Made by a program: the position numbers and the translations under genes. 64,000 nt of DNA from Actinomycetota bacterium (GTDB taxonomy: Bacteria > Actinomycetota > Thermoleophilia > RBG-16-64-13): contig DAIRFC010000004.1 in NCBI GenBank assembly GCA_036795215.1, positions 4,822 through 68,821 of the forward strand, given 5' to 3'. The notes under the pieces were generated by a model. The model was not told the origin of the DNA. It searched no databases and was given only the letters and a program-made list of their open reading frames with translations. Of the stretch, positions 1 through 9,095 are shown in pieces. The stretch's first letter is position 1; every line of letters begins with the position of its first letter.

Positions 1-53
1 CCCGTTTGCCACTCCGCGGTTGATTTCTACCTCCGAAACGTTGTCCGAGGCGG

Positions 54-1223
54 CTACCAGGGGATCATGACCGGCAGCCCCGGCAGAGCAGTGGTCATCC
101 ACCGGGTGCGCTCCGCACCGATGAAGTACATGTCTCCGACCATGCTGAACGGCGCCACATAGCCCGGGCAGCGGACCATGGGGTGCACGGCGTACACCTC
201 GTCGGCCTGGATGGTCCACTCCATGAAGTCCTTCTCGTGCGGTCCGGCCGTGATGTAGGGCGCATCCCCATACGACAGGCCCACGGCATGCCCGAGCTTG
301 TCGCACTCGAACCCGTACCGGGCGACCAGATCTTCGATCATCTTCCCGGCCGCGGTTATCTCCACTCCGGGGCGGAACTCCTCCTGGATCATTTGGCGCA
401 TATCGCCCCACAGCTGGAACATCTTCTGGTACGTCCCCTTGGGCTGCTCCCACCAGTAGGAACGGATCATCTGGGCGCCGTATCCCACCTGCATGGTGAA
501 TTCGGGCGAGAACGTGACCGGATCCGGCCGATCGATCACCGCGGGGCCGGGGAAGTTGGGATAGACCGCTTCCGGGCTGCTGTGGATCAAAACGATCCGG
601 TCGCCGACGCCGTGGGTATCGAGGACTTCCACTGCCGGGGCGACTGCCTCGGCCTGGGTCATGCCCGGCCGCAGATTGGCCAGGAACACATGATGGGCCA
701 TATCCGAGATCTGTATGGCCCTGTCGATCATCGTCAGCTCCTCGGCGCTCTTGCGACCGCGGATCTCGCCGAACAGGCGGTGGCTCTCGACCAGGTGGGT
801 CTGCGGGCAGGCTTCCTGAAAGATCTGATGATCCAGCACCGGCCACCAGCGGAAGCTGTCGATGCCTATCCGGCTGGACTGCAGGTTGAGGCTCACGACC
901 TGCCGGGCCGCTTCCGCCGCCATGTGAGGGGTCGCCACGATGTTCTCTTCCTTCACCCAGCAGCCCTGCCGGGCCACGTCGGCGGCCGAATCGATGCTGT
1001 TGCTGGGAATCAGGAACACAGGTTCTCCCTGCACCGGGAAGATCAGCATGTTCATGCGCGTGCCCCAGACGCTGGTCAGGTAGTGCACCGGCACCCCCAG
1101 CTGACTGCCGCCGTAGACGATGATCCCGGCCAGGTCCGCCTGCTCAAGCCTGTCCCGCAGCAAAGACCAGCGGCGGTCCTTCTCTTGGAGGCTGATCCGG
1201 GGTTGTTGGTCTTGTTCAGGCAT
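54..1223 (-). CDS. M24 family metallopeptidase (Xaa-Pro aminopeptidase/creatinase-like)
   Basis: 403-aa ORF has creatinase/prolidase-like N-domain and M24 'pita-bread' core (..CDKLGHAVGLSYGD..HE..). Start moved to internal ATG 1223 (MPEQDQQ), which has GGAGGAGG 5 nt upstream. Confidence 0.8.
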   Translation of the reverse strand: MPEQDQQPRISLQEKDRRWSLLRDRLEQADLAGIIVYGGSQLGVPVHYLTSVWGTRMNMLIFPVQGEPVFLIPSNSIDSAADVARQGCWVKEENIVATPHMAAEAARQVVSLNLQSSRIGIDSFRWWPVLDHQIFQEACPQTHLVESHRLFGEIRGRKSAEELTMIDRAIQISDMAHHVFLANLRPGMTQAEAVAPAVEVLDTHGVGDRIVLIHSSPEAVYPNFPGPAVIDRPDPVTFSPEFTMQVGYGAQMIRSYWWEQPKGTYQKMFQLWGDMRQMIQEEFRPGVEITAAGKMIEDLVARYGFECDKLGHAVGLSYGDAPYITAGPHEKDFMEWTIQADEVYAVHPMVRCPGYVAPFSMVGDMYFIGAERTRWMTTALPGLPVMIPW

Positions 1224-1261
1224 TCTTCCTCCTCCACACGAGGTGTCTGCCGGCTTGGATC

Positions 1262-2362
1262 TCAATCAAACGAACCTTGACAGTCTGGATCAGCCGGCTG
1301 GGGTTGAGTAGTCGGCGTGGGGGTGAGGTCGCCGGTGCGAAGTAGGAGGTTGTGCAGCATCAGGCAGGCCTCCGACCGGCTGGCGGCCTGCGTGAACCTG
1401 TAGTGTGTGCCCGGATACAGGCGGTCCATAAGACCAGCGTAGTATGCCTTGACGCCATTCGCGCGGTGTTCTTCGGTCGAGAAGAGGCCGCGCGGCCCGA
1501 AACGAGGGACGTATGAATCTGGTGCGGCCGGAAGGTCAGCCGCTCGCGCCAGCATGGTTATCAACTGCTCCCTGGTGGTGACGTCGTCGGGGGCGAAGCT
1601 CGTTGGCGTCTTTCCGACGGTGATGAGTCGCGCTGCGCAAACAGCGACATAGTTGTCGGGGTAGAGCGGGTCGGGGTACCCCCCGGTCTGCACATCGGTA
1701 AACGGGCACACGTCGTGCTCCGAAACCGGGTATCCGAGGGTCTTCACTATCAGTTTGGCCAGCTGCTGGCGCGTGAGAGAGGCGTTGGGACGGAAGCTCC
1801 CATCCGGGTAGCCGCTCAGAATGCCGCGAAAGGCCAGGTCGTTTATCTGATTCACATAGGGGTGCGAGGCGGGCACATCACTGAAAGTCGGGCGGTAGGC
1901 GGTGGTCGGAGTCGTGCTGCCCTTAGACGAGAACCAGAGAGAGATGGAGTAGCTCACGGGTATCTCGCAACCAGGTGCGGGTGCCACTTCCACTTGCCAT
2001 CTTCCGCTCTGCTCGACCTTGTGAGTGATATGAGCCGGTTCTCTGCTTGTGCCCAGAGAGTTGCCCCCTGCGTCACCAAAGGGAAGGCCAACCAGGCTTA
2101 CGTATACCTGTGACTCGCCCAGGGGAGTTACCCGGACCTCGATCACGTCACCCCACTGGCAATCGAAACCGTACGCGTGGCCGATCGGCTCGATCGATTC
2201 GGTGACGGAGTAGGGGGGATTCACCAGTGTGGTGGGTGGTGGGCTGAGCGTCGTCGCCTGTCCCTCGGCGGGGGCAAGCAGCAGCACTGCCGCTCCCGCG
2301 AGCAAGGCCAAGGCGAGCAGAATGAAGGTATGCCTGCTTTCGGCCAGTGCCAGTCTCCTCAT
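1262..2362 (-). CDS. secreted S-layer-homology (SLH) domain protein
   Basis: Internal start MRRLALAE.. is followed by a hydrophobic signal peptide. C-terminal SLH-like repeats (FSDVPASHPY..GYPDGSFRP..TRQQLAKLIV; CPFTDV..YPDNYVAVCAA..) are paralogous to three other genes in the window. Confidence 0.7.
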   Translation of the reverse strand: MRRLALAESRHTFILLALALLAGAAVLLLAPAEGQATTLSPPPTTLVNPPYSVTESIEPIGHAYGFDCQWGDVIEVRVTPLGESQVYVSLVGLPFGDAGGNSLGTSREPAHITHKVEQSGRWQVEVAPAPGCEIPVSYSISLWFSSKGSTTPTTAYRPTFSDVPASHPYVNQINDLAFRGILSGYPDGSFRPNASLTRQQLAKLIVKTLGYPVSEHDVCPFTDVQTGGYPDPLYPDNYVAVCAARLITVGKTPTSFAPDDVTTREQLITMLARAADLPAAPDSYVPRFGPRGLFSTEEHRANGVKAYYAGLMDRLYPGTHYRFTQAASRSEACLMLHNLLLRTGDLTPTPTTQPQPADPDCQGSFD

Positions 2363-2465
2363 TTCTGATCTCCCTTCAACATTCGTCGCAGCAGACCAAT
2401 GTACTAAAGACAGAGCTCTCGTGCTTTGGAAGCGGCGCGTGCAGGCAGGTGTGCGTGCATCGAAC

Positions 2466-2876
2466 TCAGCGAGTCGCGCGAGGCCGCTTCGCAGTGTGCG
2501 CCCTGATCCAGCCGGCCAGTGCGTCCTCGTCGAGGTCGCCGGACGCGAGTTCCACGATGGTGGTGACGACCTCGGCTTCGCTCGCGTTGAACGCAAGGCC
2601 ATTGAGCCCCAGGAAGACGGCCATGACCATGAACGCGACACGCTTATTGCCGTCGTTGTAGGGGTGATTTCGGGCGAGGCCGAATCCGTAGGCGGCTGCG
2701 AGTGCCGCCACGTCCACTTGAGGTTCGTAGGTAAAGCGCTGCCGTGGGCGAGCCAGTGCGGATTCGAGCCCATTCTCGTCTCGCAGGCCCGGCATTCCTC
2801 CGTGCGTGAGTAGCATGTCGGTTTGGATGGCGTCCACGACCAATCGGGACACCCAGCGAGGCTCGAGGTCAGACAT
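2466..2876 (-). CDS. doc: Doc (death-on-curing) family toxin, Fic-fold
   Basis: Carries the Fic/Doc motif HPYNDGNKRVAF. The 136-aa size and an upstream partner gene ending 3 nt before its ATG fit a toxin-antitoxin pair. Confidence 0.8.
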   Translation of the reverse strand: MSDLEPRWVSRLVVDAIQTDMLLTHGGMPGLRDENGLESALARPRQRFTYEPQVDVAALAAAYGFGLARNHPYNDGNKRVAFMVMAVFLGLNGLAFNASEAEVVTTIVELASGDLDEDALAGWIRAHTAKRPRATR

Positions 2877-2879
2877 GAC

Positions 2880-3107
2880 CTACTTGGCGAGCTCGCGAAG
2901 CGCGTGGCGGTATGTGCGACCTACCTCCGCGGCGATAGAGAGGGCCTCTTCGGTCTCGGGGTCATATGGCGTGAGGAGTATCCCGCGGTCTGTCTCAATG
3001 GCCATCACGGTGTCGCCGGCAGCGAGCTTCAACCTGTCGGCCATGTCCTTGGGCAGGGTGGCGGCGATGGAGCCACCCGCTTTGCGCAGCTTGACGCCCT
3101 GGGTCAT
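2880..3107 (-). CDS. AbrB/MazE-fold antitoxin of the Phd/Doc pair
   Basis: SpoVT/AbrB-like swapped-hairpin signature VKLRKAGGSIAATLPKDMADRLKLAAGDTV. Internal ATG 3107 is preceded by GGAGG. The gene lies immediately upstream of doc. Confidence 0.7.
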   Translation of the reverse strand: MTQGVKLRKAGGSIAATLPKDMADRLKLAAGDTVMAIETDRGILLTPYDPETEEALSIAAEVGRTYRHALRELAK

Positions 3108-3269
3108 CTCTTCCTCCGGCGGTATGGGTTCATGACCAGGGTAGCACATATGTGCTACCTCGCCCAAGAGCTATGATAGGCCAACTTCTCGGGAACCGGC
3201 AATTCACTGGTTGTCGCCAGGGATGTCGCCAGAAGGATCGCAGCGAGACAGATCTCCATTCCGACCTCG

Positions 3270-3842
3270 ATGGACAAGGAGACCGTAGAGATCGACGCCG
3301 ACATGCCGGGAATCGTCTTACCGGCTTGCTACACGAGAATGCCCAGGATCGTCGAAGGCTTTGTCGGCAGAGTGACTCATCTGGAATCCAACTACATCCA
3401 CGATGCTGATGCCCTGCCTCCCTTTCTGCAGAAAAGGATGCTCCGCAGATGGGAGAAGAGAGCGGACAGGATCGCCGACTACGTGCTCAGCCATAGGACT
3501 GGTCGGATGGAGACATGCGGTGGTCTGATGGCGCTCCTGTTCTCGAGAGGTATCGAGAAACGGTACCTTCAAGGCGCGCTGAGTCCGGATATCGACGAGA
3601 ACCTCTGGACAGACGACAAGTGCAACGGATGCGCCATCTGCGCAGAGGTCTGCCCGGTCGGCAACATCGCGATGGTTGGCGATAGACCCAGCTGGCAGCA
3701 CCGGTGCGAGAAGTGCCTGAGGTGTATCCAATGGTGCCCAAAGGAGGCGATACAGTTCAAGGATGCGACGCTGGGACGAAAGAGGTATCGGCATCCGGAC
3801 GTGAAGCTGTCGGAGATGCTGAGGCGGGGTGCTGGTTCCTAG
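3270..3842 (+). CDS. 4Fe-4S dicluster domain protein (EFR1-like ferredoxin C-terminal region; possibly N-terminally truncated)
   Basis: Two CxxCxxC..CP motifs at the C-terminus (CNGCAICAEVCP, CEKCLRCIQWCP). No flavodoxin-like N-domain is present. The stop codon abuts a copy of the tRNA-Ser 3' end. Confidence 0.5.
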   Translation: MDKETVEIDADMPGIVLPACYTRMPRIVEGFVGRVTHLESNYIHDADALPPFLQKRMLRRWEKRADRIADYVLSHRTGRMETCGGLMALLFSRGIEKRYLQGALSPDIDENLWTDDKCNGCAICAEVCPVGNIAMVGDRPSWQHRCEKCLRCIQWCPKEAIQFKDATLGRKRYRHPDVKLSEMLRRGAGS

Positions 3843-4020
3843 CCGAGGGGGGGATTCGCGCATCTTGCTTCGCAAGCTGCCGTCCTCGCCTCGCCGTCCG
3901 GCTCGGCTCAGACCGCTCGCTGCTCGACAGTCCAAAGGGACTGTCTCGCTGACGCTCGCGCCCTCGCGGGTTCGGAATCCCCCCCAGACCCTGCTGGCAG
4001 CCATTTCTTGGTTTCATGCG

Positions 4021-4109
4021 GGAAACCCTACGGAGAGGGGGGGATTCGAACCCCCGGGACCGCTTGCGCGGCCCAACGGTTTTCGAGACCGCCGCATTCA
4101 ACCGCTCTG
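4021..4109 (-). tRNA. tRNA-Ser (anticodon CGA), class II with long variable arm
   Basis: Reverse complement folds as GGAGAGG-TG-GCAG..AGCGGTTGAA..anticodon loop CTCGAAA..long variable arm..GGTTCGAATCCCCCC-CCTCTCC-G. No encoded CCA. Confidence 0.85.
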
Positions 4110-4513
4110 CCACCTCTCCCTATCGACTCGGTTCAGAATGAAGCCGCGGCCGCCGAGTCTCCGCATTGAGCGGCACGATGCTACGTCCTCAGTCGCGTCC
4201 GTAGCGCTGCTACGCCCGTTCCTTGCGTCCTTGCCTCGCGCTTGCTCACTGCACCCTGGCGGCGAACCTTCATTCTAACCCGAGTCCTCTGGCGCGTCTG
4301 GCGAGGTCTTCCCGGGGAGCCCCGCGCAGCGCAACGAGGATTGTAGCCGATGGGGCCCTGCCCTGACAGGCACTGCTCCCGGGCGGCCCGTGTCGATAAG
4401 CGGATTCTCATCGCTCGCTCATGCTCGCCTCATGACACGCGGGTAGATTGCCCTCAGTGGAACGGTTCTGACGGTATGCGCCTGAGGGCGCAGGCTTTGA
4501 AAGGAGTAGCGAA

Positions 4514-5095
4514 ATGAAACCAAGATGGAAGTTGATCGTCTTCGGCGTTCTCGTGGTCGTGATCGTTGCGACGATGGCGGGCGTGGCCCTGGCCGGCAGA
4601 GGCCCGGGTGGAGAGCAGCCGGCGGGGGCAACGATGGCCAGAACGACCAGTGTGATGCCTCTGAGTTCCGAAGAGGCAGCTGAGTTGATCTACATGCGTG
4701 AAGAGGAGAAGCTCGCGCGCGATGTGTATCTGGTTCTCTACGAGAAGTGGGAGGTCGACGAGTTCGAGAACATCGCCACCTCCGAAAGCCGCCACATGGC
4801 AAGCGTGAAAAGACTGCTCGACCGGTATGGACTTGCCGATCCGGTGGGCGCGGATGCGCCCGGTGTCTTTGCCAACACCGACCTACAGGCGGCCTACGAC
4901 TCCCTGGTGGCCCAAGGCCTGCAGTCACTCGAAGACGCTTTCGAGGTGGGTGTAGCCATCGAGAAGCTGGACATCGCCGATCTCAAGGAGCTCATCGCCA
5001 TAAGCACGCACCGGGACGTGACTAGGGTGGCCGAGAACCTGCTACGGGGCTCGGAGAGGCACCTCGCGGCTTTCAAGAAGCTTCTGGAACAGTAA
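4514..5095 (+). CDS. DUF2202 ferritin-like domain protein with N-terminal signal/TM segment
   Basis: AAGGAG RBS upstream. N-terminal hydrophobic segment. Ferritin-like four-helix pattern with E..ESRH motifs (EEKLARDVY..ESRHMASVKRL). Confidence 0.65.
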   Translation: MKPRWKLIVFGVLVVVIVATMAGVALAGRGPGGEQPAGATMARTTSVMPLSSEEAAELIYMREEEKLARDVYLVLYEKWEVDEFENIATSESRHMASVKRLLDRYGLADPVGADAPGVFANTDLQAAYDSLVAQGLQSLEDAFEVGVAIEKLDIADLKELIAISTHRDVTRVAENLLRGSERHLAAFKKLLEQ

Positions 5096-5208
5096 CGGTG
5101 CGCGGATAGCTCCGGGTAGCAGATCGAATGGAACGGACGGGCGCTCCCAGCGGGAGCGCCCGTCCGGCGTTCGTCGTCAGACGGGCGTTCATCGTCAGAC
5201 GGGCGGCG

Positions 5209-6066
5209 TCATCCACCCAGTGCCGCTCTCAACCCCTCCTTGAACGGGGTGGTCGGGCGGCCGATGAGCCTGGAGAGGTCGCCGCTCGTCTCACCGAGCA
5301 GCCCCGCGGCGATGTTGGCGTCCAACGCAGCCGCGAACTCCGCGCCCGGTCCTGGGACACCCGCGCCGGTGAGGATCTCGATCAGGGCGGCGCCGTCCAC
5401 CGGTTGGTAGGTGATGGGCTTGCCGAGCAGCTCGGTGAGTGCGGCCGCCAACTCGTTGAAGTCCCAGGCGTAGTCGCCGGACAGCTCGTAGACCTTGCCC
5501 TCATGACCGTCGCCCAGCAGTACCGTGGCTGCCGCCGCCGCGTAGTCGGCGCGGCCGGCACTCGCCACCCGGCCGTCACCCGCCGCGGCGACGATGGTGC
5601 CGGTCTGCTTGGCGGTCTCGGCCGTGCGGACGTAGTTCTCGGTGTACCAGCCGTCGCGCAGGACGGTGTACGGCAGGCCGGAGGCGGCCAGATACTCCTC
5701 GGTAGCCTTGTGCTCGGGCGCGAGGACCAGCGCCGACGTCGTCGCCTTGGGGGCGCTGGTATAGATGAGGTGCTTCACCCCTGCAGACTTGGCCGCGTCG
5801 ATCACGTTCTTGTGCTGCGGGATGCGCTTGCCCACCTCACTGCCCGAGACGAGCAGCACCTTGTCGACGCCGCTTAGAGCCGCCTCGAGCGCGGGAGGGT
5901 CGTCGTAGGAGGCCACCCGCACCTGCGGGCCGCGCGCCGCAAGATCGGCAGCCTTCTCCGCGTCACGCACCACGGCCACGATTTTCTCGGGGGGTTGGGT
6001 CTTGAGGAGTTCCTCAACGACAAGGCGGCCAAGCTTGCCGGTCGCCCCGGTCACTGCGTAGTTCAT
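5209..6066 (-). CDS. NAD(P)H-binding NmrA/SDR-like oxidoreductase
   Basis: N-terminal Rossmann motif VTGATGKLG. Full-length similarity to the NmrA/YtfG quinone-oxidoreductase-2 family. Confidence 0.75.
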   Translation of the reverse strand: MNYAVTGATGKLGRLVVEELLKTQPPEKIVAVVRDAEKAADLAARGPQVRVASYDDPPALEAALSGVDKVLLVSGSEVGKRIPQHKNVIDAAKSAGVKHLIYTSAPKATTSALVLAPEHKATEEYLAASGLPYTVLRDGWYTENYVRTAETAKQTGTIVAAAGDGRVASAGRADYAAAAATVLLGDGHEGKVYELSGDYAWDFNELAAALTELLGKPITYQPVDGAALIEILTGAGVPGPGAEFAAALDANIAAGLLGETSGDLSRLIGRPTTPFKEGLRAALGG

Positions 6067-6124
6067 CTCGCCTCCCTCTCGCGATGTGTCACAGCGCTGT
6101 CGCGGCGGATTGTAGCCGAGTCAG

Positions 6125-6364
6125 GTGCGCGCCGGCATGGCGTACGCCCGCGTTCAGCTGACGGCCCAGAGTATGGGGCTCGCGGTGCAGCCGCTCAGCC
6201 AGATCCTCGAGGAATATCCGGAGATGGCGTCGCTCTACACCCAGGTCCACGCCGAGTACGCGCCGAACGGCGAGACCATCCAGATGCTGGTGCGGGTCGG
6301 CAGGCCCACCCAGGAGGTGCCGCGCAGCATGCGCCGCGATGCGGCCGACCTGCTCATGGAGTAG
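6125..6364 (+). pseudogene. C-terminal fragment of a nitroreductase-family (Acg-like) gene
   Basis: Only about 79 codons, resembling the C-terminal tail of large nitroreductase-family proteins (..TIQMLVRVGRPTQEVP..). No upstream N-terminal coding region; the space upstream is occupied by the divergent SDR gene. Confidence 0.4.
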
Positions 6365-6375
6365 GGCCGCCGCCG

Positions 6376-6972
6376 TCAGGCTCGTGGGAAACAGCGCGCG
6401 GTCATCTCGCCGGCTTCCCTCAGCCACTCGGCTCTCTGCTCGGGGGTGCTGGTGATGATGACTCCGAACATCCGGCGGTAGAACTCATTGACGCCGCACG
6501 AGACGAACATGTTGTTCTTCCAGAGCGATTCCAAGGGATCGCCGTAGAGGCTCGTCTCTCGCTCCACCGGCGTGTTCGACGTGTTCAGCACGAGGACGGC
6601 CCGCGCCTTGAGGAGCCCGATGAGCTCCCCGTCGCCCTGGTCGCCTTCGGCGAAGGTGTAGGCCACTCCCGGACGCAACACCCGATCCACCCAGCCCTTG
6701 AGGATGGCAGGCGGCTGTCCCCACCAATTGGGATGCACGATCACGATGCCCTCGGCGGCGGCGATCTCGGCGCAGTGCTTCCGGACGATCCGCGGCAGCT
6801 CCACATCCCTCGGGATCTCCCGAGCGGGCAGGATGGCGGGGAACCTCTCCTTGTAGAGGTCGTGGAACGCCACCTCGTGCCCGTTGGCTTGGAGCGCGTC
6901 CACCGCGGCGGCCGCGAGTGCATGATTGAAGCTCCCCGAATCGGGATGCGCAAGAATGACCGTTGCTCTCAT
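6376..6972 (-). CDS. flavodoxin-like fold NAD(P)H-dependent oxidoreductase (NQO1/Flavodoxin_2 family)
   Basis: MRATVILAHPDSGSFNHALA.. N-terminus and the overall pattern are typical of NAD(P)H dehydrogenase (quinone) / flavodoxin-like proteins. Confidence 0.75.
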   Translation of the reverse strand: MRATVILAHPDSGSFNHALAAAAVDALQANGHEVAFHDLYKERFPAILPAREIPRDVELPRIVRKHCAEIAAAEGIVIVHPNWWGQPPAILKGWVDRVLRPGVAYTFAEGDQGDGELIGLLKARAVLVLNTSNTPVERETSLYGDPLESLWKNNMFVSCGVNEFYRRMFGVIITSTPEQRAEWLREAGEMTARCFPRA

Positions 6973-7204
6973 GGTTCCCCCTGGGCCGCGGCGCCCCTCG
7001 TGGTTTGACTCGCCGGCGGTGCCGACTCCACAAGTATGGCAGACGGGTGGGTGCCGGTCCTTTGGCGAACAGGTTGGTCTCCCTCGAGAACGCCTTTAGG
7101 GTCGGAACCGCGATCGAGAAGAACGACAAGTCCACCCACCCTCTTGCGCCTGAGTACAACGAAGGTCGCAGAGCAATGCATTCGAGCCCGTCTATGCTCA
7201 AAGC

Positions 7205-7462
7205 ATGGAAGAACGACTCATACTTGGGATCCACGCTATGGAGGTCCTCGAGCAGCGCGAGATCAGGCTTGAGTGGGTGGCTCGTGTGCTCGCAGAGCCT
7301 CTATTGGTCCGAGACGACCCCAAGGACCCTTCCCTTGTCCAGGCGTTTGGTCGCATCAGGGAACGAGACGGAAGGGTCTTGAGGGTTGTGTATACTCAAA
7401 ATGAAGGTTCGATCTACTTGGTTACGGTGTTCTTCGACCGGTCCATGAAGGGGAAGCTGTGA
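7205..7462 (+). CDS. DUF4258 domain protein (putative toxin of a DUF4258/DUF2283 pair)
   Basis: HAMEVLEQREIRLEWVARVL matches the DUF4258 HA.ER..ERGI signature. Its stop overlaps the next start by GTGA. Confidence 0.6.
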   Translation: MEERLILGIHAMEVLEQREIRLEWVARVLAEPLLVRDDPKDPSLVQAFGRIRERDGRVLRVVYTQNEGSIYLVTVFFDRSMKGKL

Positions 7463-7659
7463 GAGTGACCTTCGATCAAGAGGCTGACGCCCTTTACGTG
7501 CGCTTGGACAAGTCCCACATCGTCGAGACGGAAGAAGTACGCCCGGGTGTGATGCTCGATTTTGACGAGCGGGGCGAGGTCGTGGGTCTGGAAGTCCTTC
7601 GTGCCGGGGAGAGGCTGTCCATCTCGGAACTCAAGCACATGGACTTTGAGTTGCTCTAG
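7459..7659 (+). CDS. DUF2283 domain protein (putative antitoxin partner)
   Basis: 66 aa with the DUF2283 signature (YDQEADALYVRL...E). Translationally coupled to the DUF4258 gene by a GTGA overlap. Confidence 0.6.
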   Translation: MRVTFDQEADALYVRLDKSHIVETEEVRPGVMLDFDERGEVVGLEVLRAGERLSISELKHMDFELL

Positions 7660-7864
7660 CCTGCGCGCTGCGTGTCCGGCCCACCCATGAGGGCCACTCT
7701 CCACCCAAAGTCCCTGTGAGCCGGCCTCCGGTCACCGTTATGCTCGCGTAGCTTCGCGGGCGACCAACCCCCGCCGGTCTTGACCTACATGGCCGCCGGC
7801 AGAAGACACAGTGAGGGTGTATCATGGAACCAATATGGTTGCAAAATGGTTTGGAGGCGGTAGT

Positions 7865-8108
7865 GCCGACCACACTCACACTCAAGAACATCCCCGATGA
7901 CGTGTACGAGCGACTGAAGGCGGCCGCGGCAGCACACCGCCGCAGTCTGAACAGTGAGGCCATCGTCTGCCTGGAAACTGTGCTGAAGCCGGTCAGGGTG
8001 AGCCCAGGTGAGCGCCTCGAACGCGTCAGACGGTTGCGCGCTGAACTGGAAGGGGTGGAGTTCCTCGCCGACGACATCGATGCCATGAAGCGTTGGGGGC
8101 GGCCGTGA
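7865..8108 (+). CDS. vapB: VapB/FitA-like ribbon-helix-helix antitoxin
   Basis: Start moved to GTG 7865 (GGAGG 5 nt upstream), giving an N-terminus (M)PTTLTLKNIPDDVYERLKAAAAAHRRSLNSEAI typical of RHH antitoxins. Overlaps the vapC start by GTGA. Confidence 0.75.
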
Positions 8109-8491
8109 TCGTGGTCGACACGAATGTGCTCGCGTACCTGTTTCTACCAAGCCAACACACACCGGCCGCCGAGTCGTTGCTCGAGCAGGACCCGGAGTGG
8201 GCAGCGCCAGTGCTGTGGCGGAGCGAATTCCGCAACGTGCTGGCTGGGGGCGTTCGGCGGGGCGACCTCGCTCTGGAGGAGGCCTGTCGTCTGCAGGCTG
8301 AGGCCGAGGACCACATGAGCGGCAACGAGTACGACGTGGATTCGATGCGGGTGCTGACGCTCGCGCACGAGAGCGGGTGCTCCGCGTATGACTGCGAGTA
8401 CGTTGCCTTGGCCATCACCCTGGGTACCAAGTTGGTCACGTGCGACAGGCAGGTGCTGAGCGCTTTTCCGGGGGTCGCGGTCGCACTCTAG
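8105..8491 (+). CDS. vapC: PIN-domain VapC toxin
   Basis: VIVVDTNVLAY.. N-terminus with conserved acidic residues (D..E..D..D) of the PIN fold. 4-bp GTGA overlap with vapB. Confidence 0.8.
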   Translation: MIVVDTNVLAYLFLPSQHTPAAESLLEQDPEWAAPVLWRSEFRNVLAGGVRRGDLALEEACRLQAEAEDHMSGNEYDVDSMRVLTLAHESGCSAYDCEYVALAITLGTKLVTCDRQVLSAFPGVAVAL

Positions 8492-8965
8492 CTAGTGCGC
8501 GTGCCCGGCGCGACCCGCGTGGCCGCTGCCGCGGCCATTCTCGCGAAGCTGCCCGGGCGGTAGATCGCAACTGCTGCTGGCGCACTCGCCTCCGGTCATC
8601 TCCAGTTCCAGCGTGACGTGGCCGATGCCGAAGCCGCGCGCCAAGGTCTCTTTGACCGCGGCCACGACTGATCCGGTCTGCGACAGAGCGGCGTCCTTGA
8701 CCTCGACGTGGGCCGAGAGGGCCAGGTCGCTCGACGAGATCGACCAGATATGCAGGTCGTGCACGCCCTCGACTCCCGGGATTGCCGGCATGGCATTCTT
8801 CACGTCGGCGAACTCCGTCACCTCCGGCGTTCCCTCCATGAGCACGTTCACTGTGCTTTGGACTATGGCGAACGCCTCCCGGCCGATCCACAGGGAGACG
8901 AGGATGGAGACGATCGCATCCGCGTAGCTCCAATCCCAGAGATAGACGTCAAGCCCGCTGAGCAT
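8492..8965 (-). pseudogene. truncated cation diffusion facilitator (CDF/CzcD-like) gene: only last TM helix plus cytoplasmic C-terminal domain
   Basis: The ORF covers only ..WSYADAIVSILVSLWI..MEGTPE..PGVEGVHDLHIWSISS..HVEV.. plus a His-rich tail, i.e. TM6 plus the C-terminal domain of a roughly 300-aa CDF. A TM-like stretch (IANLVLNLLI) sits upstream in a different frame, and no N-terminal region follows. Confidence 0.55.
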
Positions 8966-9095
8966 GACTCCGAAGCTGGTGTGATGAGCAGGTTGAGAAC
9001 GAGATTGGCTATCAGGCGCCTATCGGGCTCGAAGCCGCGGCCACGGTGGGGGTCGAGGGGCTCGAAGCCACGATCGTGGTCGGCAGCCGAACTCA

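Noticed and set aside
183-1280. 365-aa ORF on + strand covering the peptidase gene
   Set aside because: Antisense to a well-supported M24 peptidase gene. Arg/Pro/Gly-rich translation typical of GC-rich antisense frames. No RBS.
3757-4278. ORFs 3757-4113 (-) and 3829-4278 (+) across the tRNA-Ser locus
   Set aside because: They run through a clearly folding tRNA gene and its flanks. Low-complexity translations.
5128-5877. 249-aa + strand ORF opposite the NmrA/SDR gene
   Set aside because: Antisense to a gene with a clear Rossmann motif. Arg-rich translation.
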